The notes: a model not told the origin generated them from the letters alone. 64,000 bases of DNA from Eledone cirrhosa (GCA_964016885.1 OZ024746.1:40548001-40612000); one strand, 5' to 3'. Shown: positions 39,701 to 50,850, counted from the first letter of the stretch. Made by a program: numbers and translations.

Positions 39701-42700
39701 ATTAATCAATTGTATCCCGACCTGTTGAACCTCATGTCCACCTTCACCACCCCACCTTCATACAGAACACATATATAGGAAACTTCTGGTGTGTTTGGCC
39801 CTTGCGTCACCTCCCTACTCACCACCATTGACACAGAGTTAGCTACCTGTAGGTACAAGCCTCACAAGCTGGAATGGCTCTTCCAGCGCATCTCTCTCAC
39901 CATCCTCCAGGGAAACGCTTTCTCTGTTCTGTTTGCCAGTGCATCAGCCCCCATTTGCTCCTGGTGGTGAGAGTTGGGGAGAGCAGGAGAGACGGAAGCT
40001 GTGACAGTGGGAGTTTGGTTCCTTTGTATTTGGACCTGATGTATATGTATATGTTTCACAGACACACACTGTATATGTATATGTTTCACAGACACACACT
40101 GTATGTGTAGTTTTCATGTGATTCAACCAACCAACCAACCAAAAAACATCTTTCTTTTATGTTATATATAGATTACTTGTACAGTATTATATAGTACTAG
40201 CAGTGGTACCCGGCGTTGCACGGTATAAGGTATTTTGGAACGCGGGCCGCCAACAGACCTTGTCAAGAAAATAAACTGAATATTCTGATGGCTGGATAAT
40301 CTTTAAGATTTTCCTCGATGAAGCAGGAAAAATGCAGGTTTTCACCTAATGTGGGCCCTAGGGGATCAAGAAAATGAATTTTTTTTTATGTGCATAATAT
40401 GCTTTGAAATTTCTTTAAAATCGGCTAGATGTAACGCCTCCAAAAAGCCCTAAAAAGCTGAAAAAATGAAGTTTTTCACCTAATGCAGGCCCTGGGCCAT
40501 AAAAAAGTTGGATTTTCTTTGCTCACGGTATGAAGAAGAGACTGACTAATACATAGTTACAATTTCAAGGAAATCGGTCTGACGTAACGCCTCAAAAAAA
40601 CCCTAAAAACCTGAAAAAAAACGCAGTTTTTCACCTGTGCATAACACTCCCTGTAACATAAGTAATGCACATGTAAAGTTTGAAAAACATCGGTTGGGTA
40701 CTTCTCGAGTTTTAGGGATTCAAACTCACACACACACTCACACACACACACACACATCCTCAGGGAAGTGACGTAATGCAGACAGCCAGACATACAGACA
40801 GATATTATAAGGGTGCGACGTTATATATATGTATCTATCTAAAAAGAGAAAGACTAAGAATTATAGAGAGAGATCGCTAAATCGCCTAATGCGGTCCCTA
40901 GGGCATTGAAAATTTGAAACATAAGTATTACATGTGTAAAGTTTGAAAACAGTTGGTTGGGTGGTTCTCGAGTTTTAGGGATTCAAACTCACACACACAC
41001 ACACAGACAGACATCCTCAGTTTTATATATATAGATTCCTTGTACAGTGAATGATGGTAAATACACCTTCTCTACTTTATTCCTTCCTATGTACTGAACC
41101 TGACTGGTGAAACATTAAAACTACCCACACAACTTATTCTAGAAGAGACAAACAAACAGACATAAGGCTGAATAGATAGATAGGCAAGCAGAGAAACATA
41201 TGGATAGATAAATAGATATGTTTCTTTATTAGCCACAGGGGCACAAAAGAAGGGGACAAATACAAAGGGGGAAGTTTACATACAATAAAAACGTGTAAAA
41301 TGTTATCACAAATGCAATTTAAAAATTAGTCGATTTTCCCCAATAGGGGGAGACAGTTCATATGGGTAACACATACCCCCGAAAAAATGTGCAACCCTCA
41401 TCTCCAGGAGTATGAAGAGTTTGTACTCCTTTCCTGTCCTCCTCCTTTTCCACAACCTACAGACTGATATAGAGAGAAGGCCCATTCACTCGGGCCATTC
41501 TTGCCACTTTCACCCACCTTTCATAAAACTTGCTGGGGTACAGCACCTCTCTCTCCATCCTCATTCTTCTTCCAAAGTGGTATTTGAAAAAAAGAATCAG
41601 TTGTTGGCCGGAGAGAAAGGTGTCTGATCTCAGCCCTTTTAACCTCATCCACCATACAACCTCTTTTGCTATAGCCATAACACATAGGAAAACCGCCTCT
41701 CCCTCGTTTTTGAAGGAGGGTGGCGGTTTGATCATGACAATGGACTCAGTGGTCAACCGGATTGGTCCCACCCTCGACAATAGTCGTTCTACATAGCCCC
41801 ACAGGTCGGTGACGCCCGGGCAGTGTATGAATGCGTGCACGACAAGTGGATAGATAGATATATTTCTTTATTAGCCACAGGGGCACAAAAGAAGGGGACA
41901 AATACAAAGGGGGAAGTTTACATACAATAAAAACGTGTAAAATGTTATCACAGATGGAATTTAAAAGTTAGTCGATTTTCCCCAATAGAGGGAGACAGTT
42001 TATATGGGTAACACAGACCCCCGAAAAAAATGTGCAACCCTCATCTCCAGGAGTACGAAGAGCTTGTACTCCTTTCCTCTCCTCCTCCTTTTCCTCAACC
42101 TACAGGCTGATATAGAGAGAAGGCCCATTCACTCGGGCCATTCTCGCCACTTTCACCCACCTTTCATAAAACTTGCTGGGGTACAGCACCTCTCTCTCCA
42201 TCCTGATTTTTCTTCAGCGAGGCATATGGATAAATAGACAGGCAGACAGAGAGACGTATGGATAAATAAATAGATAAACCAAACAGAGAGTGAGACAAGT
42301 GGATAGATAGACAGACAGATAGACAGCGAGGTAATATGGATAGACAGCGAGATATCTGGATAGACAGATGGGCCAACTTACAAATTTCGATTCAAGTCCG
42401 TCAAACGAATACATTGGATGTGTAAGATAGATATCACACAGTTTTTCTCTGTCATTCTCTACTGCACAGAGAAAGGCTGAATGTATAAGATCCTCTGGAT
42501 AGAGACTGATGAAATAGCGAACCATTTCCGGATCATTGGCAATTGTTGCAACATGCAGGCAGGTACGGCCCATGGAATCAATGCAGACACTGGACACTTT
42601 ACCTGATTCCACGAGACGTTTGACTGTTTCCAGATCCCCAATTTCTGCAGCTGAGTGAACATCCTGTTCATCATCTGTGAGGCCATCCTGCAGACGTGTT

Positions 42701-42777
42701 TCCACAAAAGTAGTGAGAGTGCCAATACTGAGACTTCGTTTCTTCTCCTTCCTCTCTATTCCCATTAATATCGACAT
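15342..42777 (-). CDS. TRPC: TRPC-family (short transient receptor potential) cation channel, spliced gene span, about 905-922 aa
   Basis: Exons join in frame with consistent phases and encode, in order: ankyrin repeats, the TRP_2 zinc motif ([11 protein letters not shown]), [26 protein letters not shown], the S4-S5 linker, pore LMWGTFG, S6 [19 protein letters not shown] box EWKFSR, PPPF, rib helix and coiled coil. Confidence 0.92.
16636..16705 (-). CDS. TRPC: TRPC rib-helix exon
   Basis: ttttacag|[23 protein letters not shown]|gtgagt resembles TRPC VMKxLVxRY; phase 0-1. Confidence 0.8.
17653..17703 (-). CDS. possible 51-bp TRPC exon
   Basis: tttttcag|[17 protein letters not shown]|gtaagt, phase 0-0, between the TRP-box and rib-helix exons. 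No homology support. Confidence 0.45.
18225..18778 (+). mobile_element. RTE-clade LINE 3' fragment
   Basis: [27 protein letters not shown], then [12 protein letters not shown] and a gatgatgatg tail. Confidence 0.78.
19841..19912 (-). ncRNA. type-I hammerhead ribozyme-like motif in a TRPC intron (sense)
   Basis: uuccuu-CUGACGA-c[ugaagacagaua/uaucugccuuca]a-GAAACCA-c-UGGUA-aaugaa. Confidence 0.62.
20612..21048. mobile_element. foldback-type MITE with (c)ttcgaa subrepeats
   Basis: tgcttatggact and agtccataaagca inverted ends; roughly 15-bp periodic ttcgaa/ttcaaa units in both arms. Confidence 0.6.
21338..21541 (-). CDS. TRPC: TRPC exon 9 (TRP box)
   Basis: [33 protein letters not shown]. Acceptor tttcag; the donor position (gtaaca) is less certain. 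Confidence 0.88.
23123..23360 (-). CDS. TRPC: TRPC exon 8 (pore helix, S6), ending at a GC donor
   Basis: [38 protein letters not shown]. Acceptor tttcag; donor CAG|GCAAGT. Confidence 0.9.
24647..24908 (-). CDS. TRPC: TRPC exon 7 (S4, S4-S5 linker, S5)
   Basis: [50 protein letters not shown]. 262 bp, phase 1-2. Confidence 0.9.
25409..25681 (-). CDS. TRPC: TRPC exon 6 (end of S2, S3)
   Basis: [30 protein letters not shown]. tgcag and gtgagt boundaries, 273 bp, phase 1-1. Confidence 0.9.
25707..26047. mobile_element. Tc1/pogo-like MITE
   Basis: TA|CAGTGTACCCCC...GGGGGACAACTG|TA termini. Confidence 0.7.
26660..28130 (+). mobile_element. degenerate CRE-like non-LTR retrotransposon (RT thumb, zinc knuckle, restriction-like endonuclease)
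   Basis: Broken frames give [49 protein letters not shown] and [15 protein letters not shown]. Confidence 0.8.
29253..31452 (+). mobile_element. 5'-truncated CR1/L2-group LINE of the same family, in TRPC intron 5 (antisense)
   Basis: 594-aa RT ORF highly similar to 45462-47525. TGA at 31081 where the other copy has CGA; (ATT)n tail. Confidence 0.93.
31566..31755 (-). CDS. TRPC: TRPC exon 5 (S1-S2)
   Basis: [27 protein letters not shown]. ttgcag and gtaat boundaries, 190 bp, phase 0-1. Confidence 0.88.
32086..33786 (+). mobile_element. Helitron, internally deleted, carrying a Pif1 helicase fragment
   Basis: 5' A|TC..ATATATATAAAAG; 3' hairpin cccg-agcaacgc-cggg then CTAG|T. Helicase motifs [46 protein letters not shown] and [11 protein letters not shown] at about 32780-33300. 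Confidence 0.92.
34810..34977 (-). CDS. TRPC: TRPC exon 4 (pre-S1 region)
   Basis: [20 protein letters not shown] matches TRPC FVAHPxCQ..WY.G. caccag and gtgagt boundaries, 168 bp. Confidence 0.9.
36167..36334 (-). CDS. TRPC: TRPC exon 3 (linker)
   Basis: [36 protein letters not shown]. ttccag and gtaagt boundaries, 168 bp. Confidence 0.88.
36920..37261 (-). CDS. TRPC: TRPC exon 2 (last ankyrin repeat and TRP_2 zinc-binding domain)
   Basis: [57 protein letters not shown] bounded, 342 bp, phase 0-0. Confidence 0.92.
38520..39620 (+). mobile_element. degenerate Penelope-like element RT fragment
   Basis: Broken frames give [37 protein letters not shown] and [12 protein letters not shown], typical of PLE reverse transcriptases. 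Confidence 0.8.
40197..41035 (-). mobile_element. non-autonomous Helitron
   Basis: Minus strand begins A|TCTATATATATAAAACTGAGGATG and ends ccgtgcaacgccgggtaccactgCTAG|T; termini are related to the 32086 element. Confidence 0.82.
41221..42207 (-). mobile_element. two tandem 3' fragments of an L1/Tx1-like LINE (41221-41841 and 41863-42207)
   Basis: HAFIHCP....LW (end of a zf-RVT-like domain); duplicated 3' UTR ending ggctaataaagaaa; flanked by GATA/GACA repeats. Confidence 0.7.
42382..42777 (-). CDS. TRPC: TRPC exon 1 (start codon, ankyrin repeats)
   Basis: MSILMG...[27 protein letters not shown]. Acceptor ttccag/cag lies just upstream of the ATG; donor gtaagt at 42381; 132 codons. Confidence 0.88.
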
Positions 42778-43084
42778 GCTGCTGGAAAGACAAAATAAAA
42801 TAAGAGTTATTGTTACTTTAACCCTTTAGCATTTACAGTACTTTAACCCTTTATCATTTAGCATTTACATTGAATTTTCACAGTAAAGGCTTTACCTCAC
42901 ATAATATCGAATCTATGAGATTTTGATATTTATTTTGAGAACAATACCTTAACATCAGTATGAGCAGCTGGTTACAGCTGGTTTGAATAGAAAGAGGTGA
43001 GAGAATTATGGCCAGTTTAAATGCTAAAGGGTTAATCCACTGGGAGAAATACCAAGCTATATATATATAACATACACATTATCA

Positions 43085-43138
<54 letters not shown>

Positions 43139-44454
43139 ACACACATACACACTCGCTCTCTTGGCAAAAATATATACCTACTTGCCAACCAATAACCCCC
43201 TCAATGTAAAGGCATTAAAATTTCCGAAATACAGGGAACTCCCAAAATACCATTAAACATCTATTTTCCATGATTGCATGAGTTAGACAGGTTGTTACAT
43301 ACTGAGGCTAGAGCGGTCAAGTGACCACATTTTGCGTGTATGCTTCATTTTGGCTTTGTTTCTAAGGCTGGATGCTCTTCCTAATGCTAAACACATTGCA
43401 GCATATACTAGGAGCATTTTGTCATGACTCTGGCACTAACACTTACAGTGTTGATTGGGTGCTTTTTGTCATGGCACCACAGGGTGGAGTGGATTCTTTT
43501 TATCATGGCACCGGCACCAGGGATGCACCAGCATTGATGGAACTGGGGTGGTAGTGAGGGACATACCACCATAGACCATAGGAGAGGGACATACCACCAT
43601 AGACCATATGGATGCAGCCTTGAAAAAAGTTATGTCTAACAGTATACCAAGTAATGTACCTGGCTTTCTATGTTACTATGGGTTGAACAAAGAAAGGGAA
43701 TTAACCCTTTAACATTTAAACCGGCCATATCCAGCCAGAATTCTCTCACCTCTTTCTGCTTAAACTGGCTGTAACCAGCTGCTTATACATCTGTTAAGGT
43801 ATTATTCTCAAAAGAAATATCAAACTCTCATAGATTCGATTTCATGTGAGATAAAGCCTTTACCTTGAAAAAACAATAGTAAATATAGAGTAATGTAAAT
43901 GCTAAAGGGTTAAGGATATGGTTGGGAATTGGAAGTACATATTTCTTCCATGCTGATATGGGTAGGATAAGGAAGGTGAATTGGGAATGAAAGAAGCCAA
44001 GATGGGGAAGCAATGATTGGAGATGTGAGTGGGACGAAAGCTACATATTGCTTGTGGAGAGGTCCGGGGATCAGGGCTAAGGGGAGTATTTATGAAAGTG
44101 TTGAGTAACAGGAGTGGCTTTGAGAAGAGTAAGAGAACAAGTGTTATGTATCATTACATTCTGTGGGATATCCATCTTTACATGTTGGCATGGGTTGGAC
44201 GAGGAAGGAAGAATCAGGGATGCCAGTAACGAAGGGAGACTAAGTATGGGAGAGGGAAGAGTAAGTGGGGAGTTAGATAGTGAGAAGGGGCCCAAGGATA
44301 TGAGGTGGGACTAAGGTGGGAATGTAGGCGGCGGAGTTAGCAGTTGAGAGTTAGGAGGGAACCTAAATGTCATTTCACCTCTTTACTTCTTCACCACATA
44401 CTGCCCATGATTGTTTCATTCCACACATGTGAGAAGGTGAGTTTCTTGTCATAC

Positions 44455-47400
44455 CTTGTAGCCTCTGATAAAGCTAGGCGTGAAAGTCGGATTGCTTTCC
44501 GAACACGTCCTGGTCTTCCACCTGATGTCCGCCCAAAGTTGCGTGCTGCAGCTTCCCTAAACCGCAGCTCGGCAGAACATGAAAGCTTCAGCCTACGAGA
44601 TGATGGGCAGATATGGAAGTTTGTTAAGGCTGGCGAATCATGGAAAAGAGACACCAGCTGGTCTGAAAACACTGTACCCACAACAACTAACAATAAAGAA
44701 ACTGAAAAAACTCTGGGAAACTAAATCAGAACAACCTGCCATCCCCTGCACATAATCATAGACTGGAATCAAAGTACAAATTGTTGTCCTTGAATGCACG
44801 TAGTCTATGCAATAAGATTCATCTTTTTGACTCCTACGTCAAAAGTATCAACCTGGACTTCATTACAGTCACGGAAACTTGGGCACATCCCTTACTCTGT
44901 GATGGGGTTTTCAGCATGACTGGCTACAACCTGTTTCGTAAAGACCACATTAATCGTCGTGGTGGTGGTGTAATGGTTTACGTTCGGTCAAATCTGTCGG
45001 CAATTCCTTGTGCTGATTTGAACCAATCACAGCAGGAAGTTTTTTTCTGCGATATACGTATGACCATGTCAACACTGCTACTTGGAGTCGTTTACCGTCC
45101 CCCAAATTACCATCAGGACACTCAACTTTGTGATATCCTCAGAGCTGCTGCCAGGAAGACAGCCACTTATGTTTTCATTGCAGGTGACTCCAATCACCCT
45201 GAGATTGACTGGGAGACCTTTCGTTGGCCGCCAAGTGCAAATGACTTCCTTGAGCTGGTGCTGGACTCGAGTTGGTCCCAGGTGGTCACCTCCCCAACGA
45301 GAGGTGACAACACTTTGGACCTACTCTTCACCACTACTCCTGAAACGGTCATTAGTGTTACTGCTGAGGAACCTTTAGGTGACTCTGATCATGCTATGAT
45401 CATTGCAATCTATCCCTCGTGAGCAGTAACAAGAACCACAACCATCTCCAAACTGCTCACTTTGACTGGAATAAAGCAGACTGGAACTGTTACTGCACCG
45501 AGTTGCAACGGCCAAACTGGCTTGAGTTCTACGACTCTGGAGATGTCAACACTGTACTCCAGAACATATCTGAGCTCAATATGGACAGCATGTGCATCAT
45601 CGGTGCCACGTAAGCAGAAAAAACAGCCCAAAAGCGCAATTTGGGAGACTGCAGCAGTCCGTCTTGCCAGAAAAGAACGGCGCAATGCTGAACGTGAGTA
45701 CAAACTTCACAAATCAGACATTAATAGGAAGAGGCGAAATAGATCGTCCAACCATCTCAAACAGGTGACAAAAAAGGCAGTGCTTCAATTTGAGCAGCGC
45801 ATAGCAACCAGCCCTGACAGTAAGGTGTTCTGGAAGTATGTTCACTCAAAGCAGAGGCCTCACTCTCCAGTTGGTCCTCTTCGCAATCCCCACACAAGCC
45901 AGGTTACTGACGACCCCAAGGAATGCGCAGAGCTCATTGCTGAATGCTATGCAGGCATTTTCATTATTGAAGACCAGAGTGTACCATCTCCACCACCTAT
46001 GACACCGGACTCTATTACAACCATGGAATTTACACCTGCAATGCTGCGACGAAACCATGCCTCTCCTGGTCTTGATGGTGTTACGTACCTGCTTCTTAAA
46101 CGTGGGGGGTACTTCCTTCTACACCAGTTATCACGCTTCTTCCAATTCTGTCTGAACAACAGTGCTACTCCAGAACAGTGGAAAACTGCCAGTGTCATTC
46201 CTCTGTTCAAAAAGGGTGACCGCACATCACCTGTGAACTATCATCCAGTCAGTCTTACTAGTTGCATCGCTAAACTGATGGAATCCTGTGTCAGAGAAAC
46301 ACTTTGGAACTTCTGGAGCTCTCACAGTCTTATCCGGCCCTCGCAATTTGGATTTATCCCCAACTCCAGCTGCTGTGATCAACTTATAGAGTTTCTTGAG
46401 GACATCACCCGGATCACTGATGGTGGCTCATGGGTGGATGTTGTTTACCTTGACTTTGCGAAGGCCTTCAATTCTGTGCCACACAAAAGGCTTATGGCAA
46501 AACTCTCTGCAATGGGTGTGAAGGATGATCTTTTTAACTGGTTGAAGTCCTTCATTCTCAGTCGAAGAGAGGTAGTCACGGTTCTGGGACAGCATTCCTC
46601 ACCATATGAGATGTCATCTGGTGTACCACAGGGATCTGTTCTTGGCCCCGTTTTGTTTGTGGCATATATTAATGACATAGATGCCAACTTAAGGAATGCC
46701 ACAGTACTAAAGTACGCAGATGACATCAAGCTGTACGTTGAGATAAAAAGGACAGATCCTGAACACTATAGATCTTGCTTGCAGTCTGACCTGGACACAA
46801 TGCAACAATGGATCTCAGACTGGCAACTCAAGCTAGCTGTGGACAAGTGCACCACCATGCATTTTGGGAGTAAAAACCCAGCGTCCACATACTCCCTCCA
46901 CAGCACTAATATCAAGAAGTCTTCCTGTGAACGTGACCTGGGCATTACGGTCAGTAGCGATTTGCGTTGGACGAGGCACGTCTCTAAAATTGTCAAGAGG
47001 GCCGAGGGTGTCTTAGCATTACTCAGCAAGACCTTTGTCAGCCGCTCTCCAGATATCTATTTAAGGCTGTATACAGCTATGGTGCGACGACACTTAGAAT
47101 TTGCATCACCAGTCTGGAACCCCTATCTTGCTCAGGACATTGACCACCTGGAAACTGTTCAGAGATGTGCAACCAAGCGAATACCCTCCATCAGGCATCT
47201 ACCATACTCTGAGCGCCTTGCTTCCCTGGGCATGGATTCATTGAAGCTCCGACGCCTGGCAACTGACTTGGTAAACACCCACAAAATTGTTAACCATGTT
47301 GCCAACAACAACCCTGAGTACCTTTTTGATTTCCATGTGTCTAACACACGTGGACATGCCCACAAAGTAAGAAAACAGCACAGTTCCCATGACTTTCGGA

Positions 47401-47625
47401 AACATTTTTTCACGCTCAGAGTTGCTGAAGCATGGAACAAACTACCTGCATCAGTTGTTAGCTGTCGAGACACTGCATCCTTTAAGGCCTCCATGCTTCC
47501 CGAGATCCGCCAACACTACAGCTAACACATACACACATGTACTTCCCTGACATTTGTGTATTATTCTATGTACTATATTGACGAGTTGTAGTGCACCTGA
47601 GCACTTTACACAATAATTTCATTAT
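44455..47625 (+). mobile_element. CR1/L2-group LINE, near-complete ORF2 (APE endonuclease and RT) with probable ORF1 tail, frameshifted
   Basis: LNARSL, VTETW, GGGV, YRPP and SDH in 44781-45422; [18 protein letters not shown] and YADD in 45462-47525. Frameshifts near 45415 and 45570; 3' stem-loop end. Confidence 0.93.
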
Positions 47626-48886
47626 ATATATATGGTATATCACCAGTAGACTCAATCTTGTGTCATCTATATGAGGTTCTGCTTCATGAGGTCAGCCATC
47701 ACCTCATAATCCAAAGTTTCTCTAGGTTTTCATCTTCCACAATTTACTTCAATTTTGAGTGTTATGCAAATTTTTTTATGTATTTGTCATCCATACCAGC
47801 ACAGTTTTTACACTTGTACACTGAATCTAACCCCTTTTATGCAGTTAGCATGTAACACACCACACCAGAAAAAATTCCACTGTATTAATATACATTTAGA
47901 AAAGTTGCATTAAAATATAGATATGAAGGTGTTTAACTTACCTTAGCTGTTGTTGTGGCAGTTGTTATTGTTAGTGAAGGCGCGTGGCTTTGGAAACTAC
48001 ATTAAGGGTACGCGTGTCTGTGGAATGCTCAGCCACTTGTATGTTAATTTCACAAACAGGCTGTTCCGAGGATCAGATCAATTGGAACACTCGTCGTTGT
48101 AACCGACGGAGTGCATTAAAGTATGTTATTGTTAATATTATTGTAGTTGTTAATGTTATGGCTGTTGTTGTTTTATATGTTTTTGTTATTTGTCATGATA
48201 CAACTTAATATTTTGTTGCTGTTCTTAAGAACACAAATGTGAACAGTGAAACCTGGTCATATCTCTTCTGTTCATAGAAGTGCAACATATGGTGGTAGTT
48301 CATTGCCTAAGAGAAACCCAGTTCACTCCTTCGTTCTCTCTCCCCCTCTCTCTCCACTTCCTATCTTTCTATTCCCTCTCTCTCAGTCACCATTTATTGC
48401 CTTATTGCAGCATTTTGTTTGTTCCACCTTTTAATATCAAGTCGATATTTGTATGTACACACCCCCATATACATGTATGAGAACATTTATAGAAATGATA
48501 GACAGTATATGTGTATGTGTGTGTGTGTGTGTGTGTGTATACATGTGTACATGTGTGTTTGTAAGTATATATGTGTGTGTATGCTATTATTTCTAACATA
48601 AACATCAGGCCACAAACTTGGGATAATGGGTTTCTCGATTAAATAAACACAAGTTCATGACTGGTACTTTATTTTATCAACCCTGATAGGATGAATGGCA
48701 AAGTTAACCTTAACAGGATTTGACCTCAGGACATAAAAAACAGGTACATTATATCACAAAGTATTTTGTTTGATGTTCCACCAATTCTACACATCTTTAT
48801 CAGACACAAGGGTTCTTAAATACATACAAATAAGATGTTAACGCATGGACATTACGAAAACATGTGAGGGGGACAAGACAAAGATA

Positions 48887-49090
48887 TACAAGGGTTGGCT
48901 AAAAAGTTCATAGGCTGACTATGAAGGAGTGATGTTAGAGCTGTGAAATCTTGCATGCATTAATTTCAACTCTTCTTATTAATAACTGCAGTGTTTCTTT
49001 CCATGGACTATGTTAAAAAAATAAACCTCATTTCGTCATTCCCTGAGAGTATCTTGGTCAGCCTATGAACTTTTCAGCTGACTCTCTTAT
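48887..49090. mobile_element. mariner-like MITE (second copy 14538-14731)
   Basis: TIR tacaagggttggctaaaaagttcataggctgac and gtcagcctatgaacttttcagctgactctcttata. Confidence 0.72.
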
Positions 49091-50049
49091 AAAAGTGAGA
49101 GGGGTGGTAAGAAAGTCATACAATAGATATATGAAAAGTTTGATAAGTATTAAAGAACACAAAACCAGTACCATAAGAATGACTAGGCTGAAACCTAGGG
49201 GATTGTCATGTTTTTTTCTTTTACTACATTCAGGTGACAGGCATAAAATCTCTTAACCCTTTAGCATTTACTCTACTATTGTATTTTCATAGTAATGACT
49301 TTATCGCACATATCAAACCTTTGAGAGTTTGATGATGTTATTATTTAATTTGAGAACAATACCTTAACATTGGTATAAGTGGCCAGTTATGGCCGGTTTG
49401 AACAGAAAGAGGTGAAAGAATTCTGGCCGGATACAGCCGGTTTAAATGCTAAAGGGTTAAGAAAGAAAATTTTTACTATAAATGAAACTTAAGGATCCGT
49501 CCACCTCGTGGTCCTGGCCAACAGGATGGAGAAGACATTGCTCTTTAAGATGGCGAGGGAGATGTACTGGAACAGCCACTCCATCTGGCAAGGCTAGCAC
49601 TTTCAGGTAGCCATCTCCACACCGATAGCAGTAAGTAGGGATGTGGACCGGGGGCCAAGAACACTAGAAGTCTCCATGCCCACAGGCTGAACCACAAACT
49701 TATCAGAGAGAGGCTGATACTTTGAAAGTTTGCCCTCTTCAGCCTGGAGGGCAGTGAAGCCTGGGCTAGTAGATGAATGCATCAGGTTTCTGCTGGAGAA
49801 GGTAACACATTTGGTGTCCCAGATAGGCCTGGCCATGGGCTAATGGAGCTCTGCAAGAATAGATATAAAATTATACAAAACACAATAACTAAAATAATAT
49901 ATAATTTAAAAAAAAAAAGAATCCAATGTCATTTAGGTGCTTCTGTTTGATACGAGGGTAACTGATTAGTGTAGTTTTAAACAACTTATCATTTACCTAT
50001 TATCTTTATCATTATATATATATAGAAGTGGTTCCACAACAGTTAGTTC

Positions 50050-50108
50050 ACCATACCGAGAACAATTGTTTCACCTTCGCGGATCTTCAGCTCGGGATGT
50101 GTATGGTT
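50050..50108 (-). ncRNA. minimal type-I hammerhead ribozyme-like motif
   Basis: Minus strand: ccgag-CUGAAGA-u[cc gcgaa gg]u-GAAAC-aauu-GUU-cucgg. Perfect 5-bp stem I plus an accaua/uauggu extension. Confidence 0.72.
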
Positions 50109-50168
50109 ATATATATATAGAAATGACTTCTACAGGATTAGAGCTGTTTCATTCATATGAAATCATTG

Positions 50169-50220
50169 GACATTCCTGATGATTTCATACAAATGAAACA
50201 GTTTTGATCCTGTAGAAGTC
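50169..50220 (+). ncRNA. hammerhead-like motif forming one arm of a palindrome (50121-50224)
   Basis: gacauuc-CUGAUGA-uuucauacaaau-GAAACAG-uuuugauc-CUGUA-gaaguc. Confidence 0.55.
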
Positions 50221-50850
50221 ATTTATATATATATATATATCATCATCATTATTTTACGTCCACTTTTCCCTGCTTGCAAGGTTGGGATGGGAACTGATTC
50301 TGGCTTGATTTCTACAATTGGATGCCCTTCCTAACACCAACCTCATTTACAGTAAGTGCTGGGTGCTTTTTTGCCGTGGCACCTCCACGACCACTTTGCA
50401 GTGGAATGATAGGGACCCCAGTTCCTATCATCTCATTTCTACAGCTGAGTAAACTGGAGCAATGTGAAATAAAGTGTCTTGCTCAAGGAAACAACACATT
50501 ACCTGGTCTGAGAATTGAACTCACAACCTTTCGATTGCAAGCCCAATGCTCTAACCACTAAGCCATGTGCATCCATATATATATATTTATTAGGTATAGG
50601 ATTATCCTGGATGCAGTAATGGTTAATTACTACACTGGATAGAGTTGACGTACGGTGAGAGGTTACTCAACAAGTTATGGAAGAATAGTTGAAGAAACTC
50701 AGTTCCTGATCCTTCTGTATTCCGGAGTGTAGATAAAGAATGAATAATAACAGGTAGACATCATAAAAAGGTAATTTATTCTGTGTGCTTACAAATGTTT
50801 CCACGGTGGTTATACAGCCTAGTTATGATGTCTACCTGTTATTATTCATT

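Noticed and set aside
30276-47494. Minus-strand ORFs duplicated at 30276-31325 and 45846-47494
   Set aside because: Antisense shadows of the LINE RT.
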